In this document: one piece after another, positions 41,791-56,367 of the stretch
How the letters are laid out: each line of letters starts with the position of its first letter
Position numbering within the stretch: the stretch's first letter is position 1
Assembly: GCA_050084515.1 (NCBI GenBank)
Contig: CM114271.1
Span: 18,972,001 to 19,036,000, forward strand
DNA from: Blasia pusilla
Taxonomy: Eukaryota
Direction of reading: 5' to 3'
DNA: 64,000 bases
The notes under the pieces: model-generated
Database searches by the model: none
What the model was told of the DNA's origin: nothing
Seen by the model: only the letters and a program-made list of their open reading frames with translations
Program-made: the position numbers and the translations under genes

Positions 41791-42720
41791 TGTTGTAAAC
41801 ATATTTGCAAGCTTCTCCAAATAAGACCCCAAAGTGGAATGGTGGATGGAGGAAGTGAACCACAAGTGCCCGTGGTTAATAATAATTAATTTTGAATTAC
41901 CCATCCAAAATGTATAATTGAATTCAAGCAATCTTATTGGTTTAGATAACGAGCGATTCTATTGGACATGTGTCAAGAGGATAGGTGATCTCAAAATGAT
42001 AGGCACTCTCCAATAATAATATAGATTAGTGTTACTCTCATTGGGTTCCCTCTTTGTCTCTAGCATATGTGATCACAAACAAAAGGATTTCTCTACAATT
42101 GGTATAACGATTGGTTGGAGTGGGAGCAAAATTTAGAAGTTAAATATCCAACTTGGCATTGTGAAAGATGCAAATAGAGGATTATCCCTAACAAAAAAAT
42201 CTTTATTTGCCATTAGGAGGTTTGACAAACAAACATGTAACCATGAAAGGATAAAAATGTGCTATTCTAGACGGGAAGGCCCTAGGTACAATTCGACTTT
42301 CTCTGGCCTCCTTTGTGGCTTTCAACATTATCAAGGGAAATACTAGGGAAGATCTTATGACTGCTCTTGGTAGAATATATGAAAAACCTTTGGCATAAAA
42401 CAAGGTTTTTCTTACTAAGAGGTTGCTCAATATGAATTTGATAGATGGAGGCTTAGTGGTTGAACATCTTAATGAGATAAACACTACGACAAACCAACTA
42501 AGTTGTGTGGGCATTGAATTTGATGATAAAGTCAAAGCTTTGTTAATCTTGTCATCTTTTCCAAAAAGTTGGAATGGCTTGATCACAACGGTGAGTGACT
42601 CTTTAGGATCATCTACCTTAAAGTATACAGATGTAGTGGGATTGGTGTTGAGTGAAAAATTTTGCAAGCAATCAAATGAAGCTTCAAACTTTGCTTTAAA
42701 TGTTGAGAGTCCTAGAAGGA
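41791..42720 (+). mobile_element. Copia 5' remnant (putative LTR, decayed PBS, gag UBN2-type fragment)
   Basis: ORF 42423-42824 begins MNLIDGGLVVEHLNEINTTTNQLSCVGIEFDDKVKALLILSSFPKSW, a Tnt1-like gag. CA at 42096-42097 is followed by TGGTAT at 42100. LTR start is tentative. Confidence 0.7.
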
Positions 42721-43140
42721 AATCTTCGAGTCTCCGGATTTACATTTGCTATGATTCTAGAGTATATATCTATCAGGTGGATCATTTGTATATTGATATG
42801 TATAATAGATGGATTTCATCTTAGATATGTGTTAATGACAAAATACAGTTAGTAATGTGTATGTGCATGATAAGGCATATTTAAGTCCACGGATACACAC
42901 TTTTTCGACGAGTTTGTCAATATACAATCAGGCTTGCGTTTTCGTTTTCGGATAGAATCGAAGATATCTTTTTAATTGGAAGTATAAGACTTTTGGATTC
43001 GTTTCTTGTTATATTTATGCCATATCTAACTTTGTATTATATTAAGATTAAAAGAATTAAGAAAATATTTTTGAATCAAATTGAAGTCATTTTTGAATCA
43101 AATTGAAGTCATTTTTATATGGTGATAATTTTGAATTAAA

Positions 43141-43790
43141 ATATAATCCACTTTATTCAAAAAATAAACCTTTAAAGAGGAAAAAAAAATGCAATAACAT
43201 CCCAAGAAAGGAAGAAGGCAAGTAATGGAAAAAAAAATGGCAACAAGCTAGCATAAAAACCATCTAAAAAAACTATACGATTAATAGCTTGGAACATATA
43301 TGACATAAATACTAATGAAAATTTCATGGAAACGGACTTGAACATGGACATGTATGGACATACCCAACGCGTCCCTGATTCCCCATACAGGCTAAATACG
43401 TGGGAACGAGTGCGAGCAAGGATCGAAAGGGTGTGCATGCTATGAGCCCTTTCCAAGCCCACGTAGAGCTTACATGTGGCCCGCACTAATCCGAAATAGG
43501 CTTGCATAGGGCTCGCACAAGGCCTGCACGGGATGATGCGAGCCTCCATGGGCTTGGTGCGAGCTACAAAATTGGTAGCAAGAACGGATGACAGATCGAC
43601 GTTGGACTAGGTATCCTAGTACGAGTTGGCCAAACAGAGATCTATGTTATGGCCAAGGCAAACATGTGTGCAAACCGTGGGAGATTACAAGTGGAAGAGG
43701 ATCTTAGGAAAATCTCAATTGTTATTGAAATAATAGATCCCCCTCCTCTACATGCACCACACCAATCATGATCCATCATAACTACCTTGG
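43141..43790 (-). mobile_element. Fragmented fourth CRE-like copy (3' end plus internal piece)
   Basis: 43141-43340 matches 24961-25180 (atccactttatt; aaaatggcaacaag). ~43710-43780 matches ~26090-26155 (ttg.tgaaataa...cctcctctacatg...atgatccatca). Unrelated sequence lies between. Confidence 0.65.
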
Positions 43791-44839
43791 GTAAGAATTT
43801 TGGAAGTAGGGGATATCCATGACCTTACATAAGTTCAAAATCAGGAATTTTCAATTCTAGAATGATTCCATCTTATTAATGTGTAATGATGACACATCCA
43901 AAAGATATCATCTTTCTTTTTGATTTTTTTTTTCATAAAATATGCTTGGAATGGAACATAATAGAAAAAGCGAGGAATCCAATGATACCCTTTAAATTTC
44001 ATTCATTCATTCTTTCTTCTCTAAGTTAAACAATAACTTAATGTTTCCTCCACTATTGTCCATGATATTGAAGGGTCTACATACAAGTAAGAATAAGCAT
44101 TGGTGGTGGTAGGAATGTCATAAGATTGGAAGGTGGCTAGTAATACATATCATGGAGGTGGTGCCAAGGAATATGCTCGACACAAGCATTCAATATTTTC
44201 TTTAATTATTTTCCAATGATATTACTAATTTGCATTAGGATTTTTAAAATGTAAAATTTTCAATCTATGTCATATGCGAGGAGTCCAATTTTTAAATTCA
44301 AAAATTACATTGCTAGTCATATGTCTTTCAAATTTTCAATGATGTAGTGTAAGATTATTATATGACTTAATTTATTTTAAAATTAATTTCATTAATTTTT
44401 TCTTAATATTATTCTTTCCTATGCATTGAATGAAAAACATGCTACTAATGTCATACATTTTTTTTTCTAATTTCAACAAGAATTCAGGTTATCTATTTCA
44501 TGAGTTTTTTCCATCTTTTTTCAAATTAATTCTCTTGATTTTTTATTTTTTAAATTTTGATTATTTTCATTCATCACATAAAGCATTAAACCATAATCTA
44601 TAGTATTGTCATATTATGAGTGAAGGAATGTAATACTTAATTTAATTTTAAATTTATTAATGTAAAAATGTCATTAGCACTTATTTTCCATTCATTCCAA
44701 ACAACCTTCAATCTAAAACACTTTGTCATGTGCTCTTTCTTTTTAATGTCCAAATTTATTCATTTTAGAGTTTCTTATAGGACTTTGTTATCTCTTTTTT
44801 CCTCCAAAATAGATAATCTCATTATTCTTGATGCATTGC

Positions 44840-44842
<3 letters not shown>

Positions 44843-44880
<38 letters not shown>

Positions 44881-45605
44881 GAAGAAGGTATCATATGAAA
44901 GTTCAAAGAGACTCTCACCGAGTGTGAGTGCTGACCATTTAACTTGTTGGTGTGGAGCTTCCAAGTGTCAACCAGCCGTGCCCTTCACCACCCCCATCTA
45001 CTTAACCTGGTTGGGATCCCCAATAAGCATCACTTACCAAGGCAACAACTTTGGGCAATGAATCTAGGCAAGCTCATCGTGAATTATGATGGTGTTACTA
45101 GCTTAGCAATATCAACATATGCTGATGCTCTATGCGTTGTAAATTTTGTGTGTAGGAGATCAAGTAGTGACTAGAGGTCACTAGTTTTGCTTGTTCAAGG
45201 ATAATCTTATAGGAGAGAGAGGTCAGACATTTTCATGGCTACTGAATATATTTTTAAAGCATATGAGAGAGATTGTACTCATTAAGTAGTGTCTGTTATA
45301 GCCTTGCGACCATAGACCCCTTGCTCTGGTTGGACTGTGTTTGAGACTGGGATGGATGTAGAGAGAGAAAGAAGTGAAGAATATATCATATGAAAGGAGG
45401 GAGACACTCACATATACTGTGAGTGTTGACCATACATCGTGGTTGTGCGGAGCTTCCAAGTGTCAACCAAGAATCTTTCTTTGATCCCCATCTACCGAAC
45501 CTGATTTGGATTCCCAATAAGCATTACTTACCAAGGCAACAACTTTGGGCAATGACTCTAGGCTACTGAATGGGTTGAATAATTCTAGTGTTACGAGCTT
45601 AGTAT
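44843..45605 (-). mobile_element. Two short 3' fragments of the LINE at 46470-47932, the first starting in (AG)17
   Basis: Blocks ggagcttccaagtgtcaacca, caactttgggcaatga, gcttagcaatatcaacatatgct and gagagaggtcagacattttcatggct are shared with 46480-47075. Confidence 0.8.
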
Positions 45606-46469
45606 GCATGTAGTAAGTAGTGCATGCCGTAGCCTTCAAAGTTTTGGGCTTTCAATTACGTTAGCCTACAATTACTTTCGGCCAAGACTACTTTGGGCTT
45701 TCAATTACCTACTACGATGAAATAGTAGTATCCATCAATGGTTTTTCATCTTGCATTCATACTTTAGGTCTTGCAGTCAAATAGTTTCTTACATAGATGC
45801 AACTTACAAAATTGAATGAATTCTTAGATTAATGTTAGTATTACTAACTTAGAAATATACCGATATGCTTCTGCGATGTGTAGGTGCATTATATGCCCGA
45901 TCTGAATAGGAATAACTTCGACGAAAGAATATTATTTAAGTTAAAGAACCTGATCTCTTGTGCAATAGTGGATGGAAATGTGCAGGCGAGGCTTTTCAAT
46001 ATAGTAAGTGAGTCGGGAGCAAGTATATAATCAGCAAACCAAAGGTAAGTTCAAATCTCTTTATTTGATTACTAGTAAATATTTTCTTAGAAAGTATAGT
46101 TATGTTATGTTATGTCCTCTCTCTCTCTATCCACTATCCAACCAGTGCACAGGATGTTTGGTTGTAATATATATACTCGTGCTCTTGCTACATAATGAAA
46201 GTATGCTCCATCCAACGACAGACTACACAAGGATATGAGACTATAATTCAAGACGAGGCTTTGAGGATCCAATATAAGAAAGTAGGCCAATGACACGGGT
46301 GAAAAATTGAGAAGATTAATCAGAGTCCCAAATTGTACATTGCCCTACCTCCTTACACTGGATCCTCCAAGTCGCCTTGTGAAATGGCGAGAAGATCTCA
46401 AGTACCAATACTTGGAGGGAGAGAGACTATTCATTAATTAAGTTGTGCATGTAGAGAGATTAAGTACTT

Positions 46470-48099
<1,630 letters not shown>

Positions 48100-49208
48100 C
48101 AGCTTTCATGTTGGTTAAATACTTGTTTTTTCTAATAGAGCTCTTTGATATTTAATTTGTGCGTAGGTAGCTTTAAAGAACTCTCACCAGCAAGCTTTGC
48201 ACAATTATGTATTCCAACTTTCTTAGGCAAGGCTATTGAATAGCCTCTGATTATGGAGGGCAACTTATCTTCCGGAAGTCTGTGTGATTTAGAATATTTT
48301 TTGTTGAGGTTGCGTGGTCTTTCAGTGGATTTGAAAAAGAAGATATTGCAGAAGAGTAGGCCTTTAGGGATATTTGATCGGATCTTGGCTTTGCCAATCC
48401 TTGTCCGGGTAAGGATTTTACAGTTGATTGATGATTCCAGAGGAAATAACCATGCCAATGGTTGTAGGGTTGGGAAAAGAACATTATTTGACATGGCAGA
48501 GCGTCATTTCTATGTTAGGTTCGTTGATGTTATTCTCCGCCATGATGATAGATATTCTTTACTTGCTTGGATAATGGTCCAGATGGTTGGTAAGGTCACT
48601 ATTCATATATGCCACGATAAGCAAGGAATGGCTATTGGGACATATACTGATGTAAATGTTACAAAATTAGTGTGTTTGTTAGAGTATGCAATTGAGGTCG
48701 GTGGAAAAAGTGTCAAAGTACGTTTAGAGTACAATAACTTTTGGGAAGGGAAAAGTCCAGGAGAGCAAGTTTGCACTCGCTCAAGGAACCAAACTGTTTT
48801 TGGAAGGATATGTTGTACTACTACATGGCAGAGAATTCCAACACCTGATAGGTATTGGTTGTTAGATTAAGCTTGTTAAATGCCATAAAGTAGGATCACA
48901 TTATAGTGGGACCTTTCTTTCATCCTTACTTTCATGGATACTAAAGTTACAATTCTCCCCCGCCCCTTCGACTGAATGGTAATTTTGATTAATGTAACCA
49001 ATTTTCATTAATCAAAATCTTGTGAAATGATCGTGGTTTCTTTGCATATTTGACTTCGGATATGATTTGTGAAGCAACAAGTTTCTTTAGGAGTGTTTGA
49101 ATGTGACTCTCAGGAAAGTAACTTAGATTTTAGTTTTTTTTTCTTAACAGTTTCATGCTCTTCTTTCCTCGAGAGTTTCCAAGAAAGCTAAGGGACTGCC
49201 ATGGATTG

Positions 49209-49374
49209 TATTAGATAAAAGTATAGTAATGGCTCACATTTTTACATAGGTCTAAGTGTGAGCCATTACTATACTTTTATCTAATAATGTGAGCCATTAC
49301 TTGGACATAGGAAATCCTTACGTCATCCTAATGTGAGCCATTACTTGGACATAGGAAATCCTTACGTCATCCTA
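49209..49374. repeat. 30-bp perfect inverted repeat followed by a 44-bp tandem duplication
   Basis: Arms at 49209-49238 and 49257-49286 with an 18-nt loop; atgtgagccattac...catccta at 49287-49330 and 49331-49374. Confidence 0.95.
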
Positions 49375-49379
49375 ATAGA

Positions 49380-51062
49380 GTGGCTGCGCATGACTCAAAG
49401 TTATGGCGTAGAGAGCTTGCTAGGGCTCAGACGGATGGTAAGAGATGTATTAAATGCCCTTGCAATGAGTGCAAGGGGCAGAAAACTATAACATTACATA
49501 CAGTAGATCTTCACCTCCGAAGAAATGGTAGATTTCCCTTATTCCGGTTGTGGAAACGGGTAGAAGAAAGGGACTCCTCTAATGAGAAATGGCTAGTTGA
49601 AGACCAAATGGATAGTAGAGATCATCAGAAGTTCATAATCGAGTCAGTAGTTAGACAAAAAGATGAGTGTATTGAAAATAGGGAGGCAACGCATAATCGA
49701 CACTTAGCCCTACTATAGACATGGATGTTGATGTTAACCAAATGTTGAACGAGGTGTTTGCCCAATATGACCAAATTTATGAGGGTGAAGTTGGTCATGG
49801 AGGAGGGGAAGTTGGAGAAGAGCCGCATGAGACGACCACAGACATCCCAACTTCAGAACTTGATATGCTAAATGAAGCATGCAAGCCACTATTTCCTGAT
49901 GCCAAAGTATCTACGCTAGCTTTTATCATGCATATTTTCAATATTTCCGGGGCACACGGTGTACCCAATATAGCAGTTGATGAACTCTTTAAGCTGCTTG
50001 GAAAACATGTTCTTCTAGAAGGTAATCGAGTGCCAAAAAGTCATTATGCAACCAAGAAGTTAGTGGGAAAGTTGGGGTTGGGTTACAATTCCATTCATGC
50101 TTGTACTCAAGGGTGTGTTTTGTTTCGTGGGGATCTGCATGAAGTTGAAGTATGTCCAAAATGTGGAGAGAGTGGATTCAAGAAAGTTGGGAAGAGTATG
50201 GTTCCGTCCAAGGTCTTGAGGCATTTTCCTATCATCCCAAGACTACAACGTATGTTTAGGTCCAATGCACTTTCAGAATTGATGTGTTGGGCACCTGATA
50301 ATATGAGTAGGGATGGTATTGTTAGGCATACTGGAGATTCTAAAGCATGGAAACATGTGGATGAATTGTATCCAGATTTCCAACTTGAAAAGAGGAATTG
50401 TTGATTTGGTTTGTCACTAGATGGTGTAAACCCCTTTTCAAACAAGGCTAGCTCATGGTCTACTTGGCCCGTTTTACTAGTGAACTATAAATTGCCACCT
50501 TGGTTACAAACCAAGAAATTTTCCCTCCAATTGGTTTTGATCATGCCCGGCAAGAAGAGTGTGAATGCGTGGAATATTGACACTTTTCTCGCTCCAATTG
50601 TGGAGGAGTTCATAGAACTATGGCAATGTGTAGACTTTTATGACGTGAGATGGGGAGTGGAAGTTTAGATTTAGAGCCCTTATCCTTTGTACTATCAATG
50701 ATTATCCAGCATATGGACTAGTTTCTGGGCAAAGTCATGGTGGAAAACTTGCTTGCACTACTTGTGGTCCTAGATTGGACTTGGACTTTTCGAAAGAATG
50801 TGGCAAGCCTATTTTTGGAGGCCACCGTCAATATCTGCACCCTAGCCATGAATGGAGACATAGAAAGTATGGTATCCACTTCAATGGTGCAGGTGAATCT
50901 AGAGAACCTCCCAAACCTATCTCAACAGATAATATTCTACAATGGGCAGAGGAAAAGTTGATCTACGACATAAATGGTGGCCGGGAAGATCATCCACAAG
51001 ATCCTTATAAGAAGACAAGTGTGAAAAGGAGGACAAAATTGTTTGACCTGCCTTATTGGAAA
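49380..51062 (+). pseudogene. CACTA/En-Spm (TnpD/Tnp2-like) transposase, frameshifted and 3'-interrupted
   Basis: Transposase-associated CPCNEC...HLRRNG domain, then IHACTQGCVLFRG..CPKCG, LRHFPIIPRLQRMF, HTGDSKAWKH, DGVNPF..STWPV..NYKLPP, TINDYPAYG, HRQYL and LFDLPYWK. Confidence 0.92.
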
Positions 51063-51139
51063 GTATCCAATAGACTTCAATAGTGTTTTGAATGTAAAAA
51101 CAGAATGGTTTGTGTGATTGGAGTGATTTGTGTGAGTGG

Positions 51140-51598
51140 ATCCTTACAATGCTTCTACGAAGTTTTCCTCACCGGCCTATGGATTACACACACAAGGCAA
51201 GCAAGACCATAGCTCGGCCGCCTCATGCCAAGAGGTTCAACAAAAAGAGAATGAGCTCTCAAGCTCTCTCTCCTTGAGGTATACCCCTCCCCTCTCCCAA
51301 GCTCTCTCCATGGTAACCTATGCTCCCAAGTCATCTCCTTGGCTCTTGACCTTATGTAGGAGGTCAAGGGCCACTTACCAAAAATATAAAGTCGACCATA
51401 TACTCAAAATGGTATTTACTTAAAATAGAAAGTTCCTCAATATGGCTCCAAATGAGCTGAAACGAAGGGGAAATCTGTTCTCTCAGGTTTCCCAGGGCCT
51501 CAGCAGGTCATCCTCGACCTCTTGAGCATATGCTCAACTACTCGCGAAGGCGCTCTACTAGATCTCACCGATCTATCCTAAAAGATGTGACACGTGCA
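51140..51598. repeat. LTR-like dispersed repeat, homologous to ~57080-57648 and ~16690-17190
   Basis: Colinear similarity over ~420 bp to 57231-57648, ending ..gtgaca.gtgca. Confidence 0.75.
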
Positions 51599-51599
51599 A

Positions 51600-53597
51600 C
51601 TGATGCAGCGCTCCTTACGCGCATCGATCAGTTGGAGCAGAGGATTGGTACCATGACCATGATGCAGCTACAAGCAGACGCGGAGTTGAGAGTAGCTAGT
51701 GTGGCGCCAACCTCCACATCTTACCAAGATTTTGGTGAGGATTCTGCGGGGATGGGATTTACGTGTAGTGTGGCTCAGGTTGAGGTTGCGGTGGTGAGTT
51801 GAGGTGCTACAAGAGTAGTGGATCCATCGAGAGGTGGGGTGGAGATTGACTCACAGGAGGGGACCGATGGGCGGCAGGCCAAGGTTCCCCGTCGTTCACA
51901 TTGTCGGAGGCACTACATACACCGTCGATGATGTCTGGACGACCGATAGTACCCATGGGTGGGACATGTGTGTCGACGTCACGAGGAGTTGGAGAGATGA
52001 CTCTTATGCCGGCTCGAGTGGAGCAAGTTTTGACCATGTTGTTGGAGGTGGCCACTAGGGTAAGCCACGCTCCGTTGTTTTCCGCCATGGAGTTGGCGAT
52101 ATTGGGAGTTGGACCAGCGGAGGTGTTCCGACTGGCCGCCACATTGTGTGAGCGTGGAGAGGTGGTTGCCTCTCATTTAGAGGTAGTTGAGGAGGTGGTG
52201 GACTTGCCCTCGGAGCAGATGCTCGGAACGTCCCCCATTGAGTCATGGCATGCAGCGGCGGAAAAGTTGGTAGATATGCCAGCTCGACCGCCATAGATCG
52301 AGCGATGATGATACCAGGTGTGGTGTTGTTGGATAACCGAGTAGGAGTGCTTCGCTTGGTTAGTCCCACAAGTACGGTGTACCATCCGCAGCGTGTCCTA
52401 CTTGATTCGGGAGCGCAACCCTTGATGTTAGGGAAGGCGGCGTCTTTGGCTTTGGGTTTACGGAAACGCAACATTGAGCCTTGTCCCTTTGAGATAAAGA
52501 CCTCTATTGGGGGCGTATCACCCACACGTGACTCGATAAGAGTTGGTGGTTAGACTCCAACCAGAGCATGAGTCGGATAGTGCGATGGTGCGCACTCGGG
52601 CGATTACGACACCGGCAGAGTCATGTGATTTGTTGGTAGGGAGTACAATGTTATATCCCCTTGGGTTCATTTTGGATTTTTGGAAGGAGATGATTTCTTA
52701 TCAGCCAAGGTGGCGATCAGATGATGGACGGGTGAGCCATCTACCGGTGCAGTTTGCAAGAGTTAGTGGTGGTCGATCGGGTGAGGATACAGTGACCACA
52801 TTGGAAACATTCACAGGTGGTGTTAGTTGATCAGAGAGTTGTTGGGGAGGAGCACACATGCGGAGGACATTCCCATAGCGGATAGTCCCATGGAGAGATA
52901 TGCCAGGGTGGGTGTCTCTTCCCATGGTGCGGAGTTTGCTTTACCATTGTTGGGTATGGGCAAGGAGTGTAGCCGAGCTCATGAGGCAAGCATGGAGTAG
53001 TGCTTGTGTTTTTGAGCAGACAAAGTCAGGTGACAGTCATGCTCTTGGACTGGAGACTTCATATGTTTGGGTACCACACGTATTGTGTGGTAGCGTTTGG
53101 ATCAGGGTACTAGAGTCTTAGATCTCTTAAGAGGGATCAACACGACGGATAGCTGTAGTGTGGTAGAGTTGCAGGGATGAGAGCACCGATGGTGCTAGAT
53201 GTGTATAGGATAGGAGATCTTATTGGGTATATATGTGTGTGCTATCTAGAGTTAGGGGGACCCAACTGCCAGGTAGGGGGGCGGTTGTGGGATCCCAATG
53301 TATATTCCTGAGTGTATTTCGTTTATGTGTGGATCTACATGTATGTTGGGGAAGATCCGTGTTGTGTGGTGTATAACGATGTGTATGCGTACGACAACTG
53401 TCACATCTTATTTCGGCGTAGGTAGAGTTCTATTGTGTCGAAGGTACAGAGAGTGAGCGGGCTGTTTGGATGTAACTTCGTCTCAAGATGTCCGATGAGA
53501 TTGGCGACAAGTCTGTTATGTTAGAAACATCGTTTATGGCGATTTCACTATTTTGGTTTTAGTCCGTAAGGTGACTCATTGACCGAGTCAACGATCA
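51600..53597 (+). mobile_element. LTR retrotransposon copy B (gag C-terminus, retropepsin protease, start of DNMT), internally deleted, with PPT and putative 3' LTR
   Basis: Protease VLLDSGA (D at 52404) and downstream DLLVG. DNMT motif I remnant RVLDLLRGINT at 53112-53144. Polypurine tract 53271-53284, then TG at 53286 to CA at 53597. Homologous to the minus-strand copy at 8356-15400. Confidence 0.75.
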
Positions 53598-53604
53598 TCT
53601 GGTA

Positions 53605-56367
53605 AGGCGGCACGAGCTATGCTAAATGAGAAGAACATGCCTAAGATGTATTGGGAAGAGGCTGTAGCGTGTCCAGTCTTCTTAATCAACCGAACTCCAA
53701 CAACAGGAGTTCATGATAAGACTCCATTCGAAGTCTTCACACGAAGTAAATATGATTTTTCCTTCCTTAAAGTATTTGGTTGTATTTATTATGCTCATGT
53801 TCCTTCTGAAAGACGTCAGAAATTAGACCCCAAATCTGAAAGATGTATATTTATTGGCTACGCTGATGGAATTAAGGGATATAAGTGCCACATTCCATCC
53901 TCTAGGAAGCTTATTATTAGTCGTGATGTTGTCTTTGATGAGCTAAAGTCATGGTATGCTCCATCTGAGCCTATTCCACCTCTAAACTTGTATGTTGAGG
54001 GGGAGAATATGACTGTAAACCAACAGACATTGCCTTCAAATTCCCCAAGTACTAGTGTAGGATTAAGAGAGGTCCTAGATTTGTCAGTTAAATCTGTGAG
54101 TCCATGGACAGGAAAAGTACGTATTCAGTCTGTTGACACTAGTTAGAGCTCGAGTAAGGTGTTAGAGGAATCTACCTCTGAACAACAACTTTGTAGATCA
54201 AGTAGAATCATACATCATGTTCATAGATTCATAAATGAAGGTTTCCTTGCGACACATCATGCATATATGATGACTATCCTTCAAGAACAGGTGCCGAGTT
54301 GTTTTGAAGAAGATGCAAGTAAAGTCGAATGGATTGAAGCTATAGAGGAAAAACTTGCTGCATTAAGACATCAACAGACTTGGGAGTTGGTTGATGTACC
54401 TTTCGGTAAGGAAGCTATTGGTTGCAAATGGGTTTTCAAATTCAAGAGTAATTTAGATGGTACAGTTAACAAATACAAAGCGAGATGGGTGGCTAAGGGC
54501 TATGCACAACAATATAGCATCGATCACGAGGAAACATTTAGCCATGTTGCAAAGATGGCGACTACGAGAATAGAGGTTATAGTTGTAGTAAGTAAGAAGT
54601 GGAGATTACATCACATGGACGTCAAGAATGCCTTCTTCAGTGGAGATCTATATAAGGAGGTATATGTGACTCAACCAATTTGATATGAGCATCCCGAGTT
54701 TCCATTTCGCGTATGTAGGCTGAAGAAAGCTCTATAAGGGCTAAAACAAGCTCCAAGAGTTTGATATGGCAAGATAACATACGTCCTACAAGAGTTGGGT
54801 TTTAGGATATGTGATTCTTACTCCTCGTTATATGTCTTAAGAGGACAAGATCATACGGTTATCATTGTGTTGTATGTTGACGATCTCTTAATTACTGGGA
54901 GTACTGAGAATATGGTAGAACAAGTCAAGCTAAATTTACAGACAGAATTTGATATGAAGGACTTAGGGGAACTCAAGTACTTCCTTGGTCTTAAGTTTAT
55001 CAAGGTTGGAGAGAGCATGTGGTTACTACAACGACAACATGCTCTTCACATGCTTTCAAAATATGGTATGACGTCTTGTAAGCCAATCCCTACACCGTTG
55101 GACCAGAGTGTGAAGCTAAGAGTGGATGAAGGAGAGTTGCTTGCAGATTCTAATTTGTACAGACACATGGTTGGAAGTTTGATCTATGTGATTATAACCA
55201 GGCCAGATTTGAGCTTTGCAGTTGGCCTAGTGGGCCAATTTATGAAAGCACTTCGAAAGCCTTACCTTAATGTTGTGAGGAGGATTATGCCGTATGTGAA
55301 ATTCTCTATTCAATTTGGGCTTCAATTTGAGCCTTTTTCGAGTTTACAATTACAGGGATTCATAGATGCTGATTGGGCAGGAAGCGTGTCTGATCGACAC
55401 TCCACATCTGGTTATTCATTTACTTTGGGACGGGCAGTTATAAGTTGGGCTTCAAAGAAGCAACCTAGAGTTGCTTTATCTTCAACAGAGGTTGAATATA
55501 GAGGAGCAACCAATGCAACATGTGAGGCGGTGTGGCTTCATCGATTACTTGTTGAGATTGGTATTAGTAACTTAGGACCTAGTGTAATATATGCAGATAA
55601 TATTCGTAGCATCAAACTTGCTAATAACGTGCGAGGCCAAGTAAAGCACATCAGCAGAAACAAAGCGGAAAGAGAGGACATGACAGGAGAGGAGAAGTGG
55701 GGAGAGGAGAGGAGGGAGTGGCAAGGCAAGAGCACTGCAAGGGGGAGTCTGGGTGTTTCATGCTCGTATAAAGCATGTTGAGGTGCACTATTATTTTATC
55801 AGAGAGAAAGTGCTTGCAGGAGAAATTGATCTTGTGTATATAGATACAGATCAACAAATTGCTGACATCTTTACAAAGGCATTATCTAAAGATAGTTTGA
55901 GATGTTTAGAAACGATTTAGGCGTTAGAGATATCGATATGAGTTTGAGGGGGAGTATTGAAGAGTGAGTTACAGTCAAGCTCATGAGACACGTGAACTGC
56001 TACATTTTTTACTCATACAAAGTAGGGAAGCTTAATCTTGGTTAATCAATTAAGTGCGATTATCTTAACTAGAGCTAGTTAATCCACAAGTAGTCTAACT
56101 TGAGACTATGGTTAAGAATGTACTGAAGTACTTGACGGTCCGGAAGACAGTAAAATCTGCTTAGTCTGTATTTCTGCCCCGCTTTTTTTTAATTTTTGTA
56201 AAAAAAGCTTTTTAGATTAGGGGTAGGGTTGCTTGTACATACCTTATATAATTGAGAAGGGGACCAACCTCCACTCATTCTCTCATTGCAAAATTTCGTT
56301 CTTCATGGTGGTGTGTGAGTGTGAAAGCCATTTCCCACCAGTTGTGCTTCTTTAGCAGTTTTCTACA
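53605..56367 (+). mobile_element. 5'-truncated Ty1/copia element, same family as 9478-14302 (integrase C-terminus, RT, RNase H, PPT, 3' LTR 55955-56367)
   Basis: Near-colinear DNA similarity to 11788-14302. Motifs YVDD, DADWAG and SWASKKQ. Two foreign inserts (55629-55753 and ~56118-56216). Confidence 0.95.

Noticed and set aside
43068-43116. 23-bp tandem repeat ttttgaatcaaattgaagtcat x2
   Set aside because: Simple slippage duplication in AT-rich DNA.
45880-46400. Exon-like segment with splice-like signals (TGCAG...GGTAAG)
   Set aside because: No recognisable protein and no consistent multi-exon frame could be built.
48100-49380. Expected CACTA terminal inverted repeat
   Set aside because: No CACTA/CACTG terminus with subterminal repeats was found, so element boundaries are not called.
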